From: Chiloscyllium plagiosum
Taxonomy: Eukaryota
Direction: 5' to 3'
Assembly: GCF_004010195.1 (NCBI RefSeq)
Contig: NW_025215293.1
Coordinates: 67,287 to 87,286 of the forward strand
Length of the DNA stretch: 20,000 bases
Shown: positions 19,352-20,000 of the stretch, piece after piece
Layout of the letters: each line of letters opens with the position of its first letter
How positions within the stretch are numbered: the first letter of the stretch is position 1
Position numbers and translations under genes: made by a program
Notes under the pieces: model-generated
Databases searched by the model: none
What the model was told of the DNA's origin: nothing
What the model saw: only the letters and a program-made list of their open reading frames with translations

Positions 19352-20000
19352 CATTTTAGCTTTTATTTTCAAGTGGAGATATTCTGTATGACAGCTTTAT
19401 ATATTGCAAACAATTTCTTCTTTTCCATATGCAAGGATAACAATTTAGAGAAAGTAATAAAAAGAAAATTAAAAGTGCTGAAGAAGGATGTATGTATATG
19501 TCAGAGATAATTAAATTGCAGGAGTTAGCACTTTGCGAGTAGATTAATGAAAGAATCAAAAAAGCATAAAGTAATTTGTGATGAGATTTTAACCAAATGT
19601 TAGAATGTGGATTCAGGGTGCTCTTACCAAATGAGTTAACGGCCTTGATTATACACCACATCGATATTGACAAAGGGAAGAGCATTTATTTCCTCCTCTT
19701 CAGTATTTGAAAAGCCTAAACTCCAACATTCATTTAACATATGGATCATGCAGAATGTAAGTTGTCAGTCTTTTCATAAGCAACAAAGGTCAGTTCACAA
19801 AATCAGACTGAAATTAAAAGCTTGTTTGGTGGATGATTTAATTTCCTACATTATGTTTGAAACAATCATTTTACCCTCCATTTCTTGAACCCAATTCAAT
19901 AAGTTATCACACTAACAGCTTAACTTGTCAGAATCTATGAAAGTGTAGTTTTTGACCTTGCATTCAGTGCTTTATCAGAACGGTGGTTAAATTGCTTGTG

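Noticed and set aside
18360..19391. 343-aa ORF as a host or domesticated nuclease gene
   Set aside because: Chimera: the first ~60 codons are antisense CR1, the start is TTG, and the rest is a truncated PLE reading through a deleted pLTR.
1..20000. CRISPR array or prokaryotic system
   Set aside because: No regularly spaced repeats or operon-like ORFs; content is vertebrate retroelements.

Overview
Repeat-dominated vertebrate DNA, almost certainly a shark (HE1-type SINEs, HER1/CR1-type LINEs; a bamboo-shark/orectolobiform origin is only my inference). No intact host gene is visible. The window is a nest of CR1 LINE fragments, HE1 SINEs, a Gypsy LTR+PBS+gag relic, a Tigger-like MITE, a GPR139/142-like GPCR pseudogene cut off by a CR1, and several Penelope-like elements (PLEs). 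The most striking pattern is a set of minimal type-I hammerhead ribozyme motifs from unrelated PLE families (8 sites, 6 with near-complete cores). Three lie in separate ~180-200-bp hairpin-shaped mini-elements (9740-9939, 11593-11795, 15103-15282). These differ in sequence but share one architecture: 49-71-bp inverted arms, a hammerhead at the hairpin centre, a one-sided tail and a 13-14-bp target-site duplication (TSD). A 2-kb inverted Neptune-type PLE (13961-15980) looks like a long version of the same architecture.
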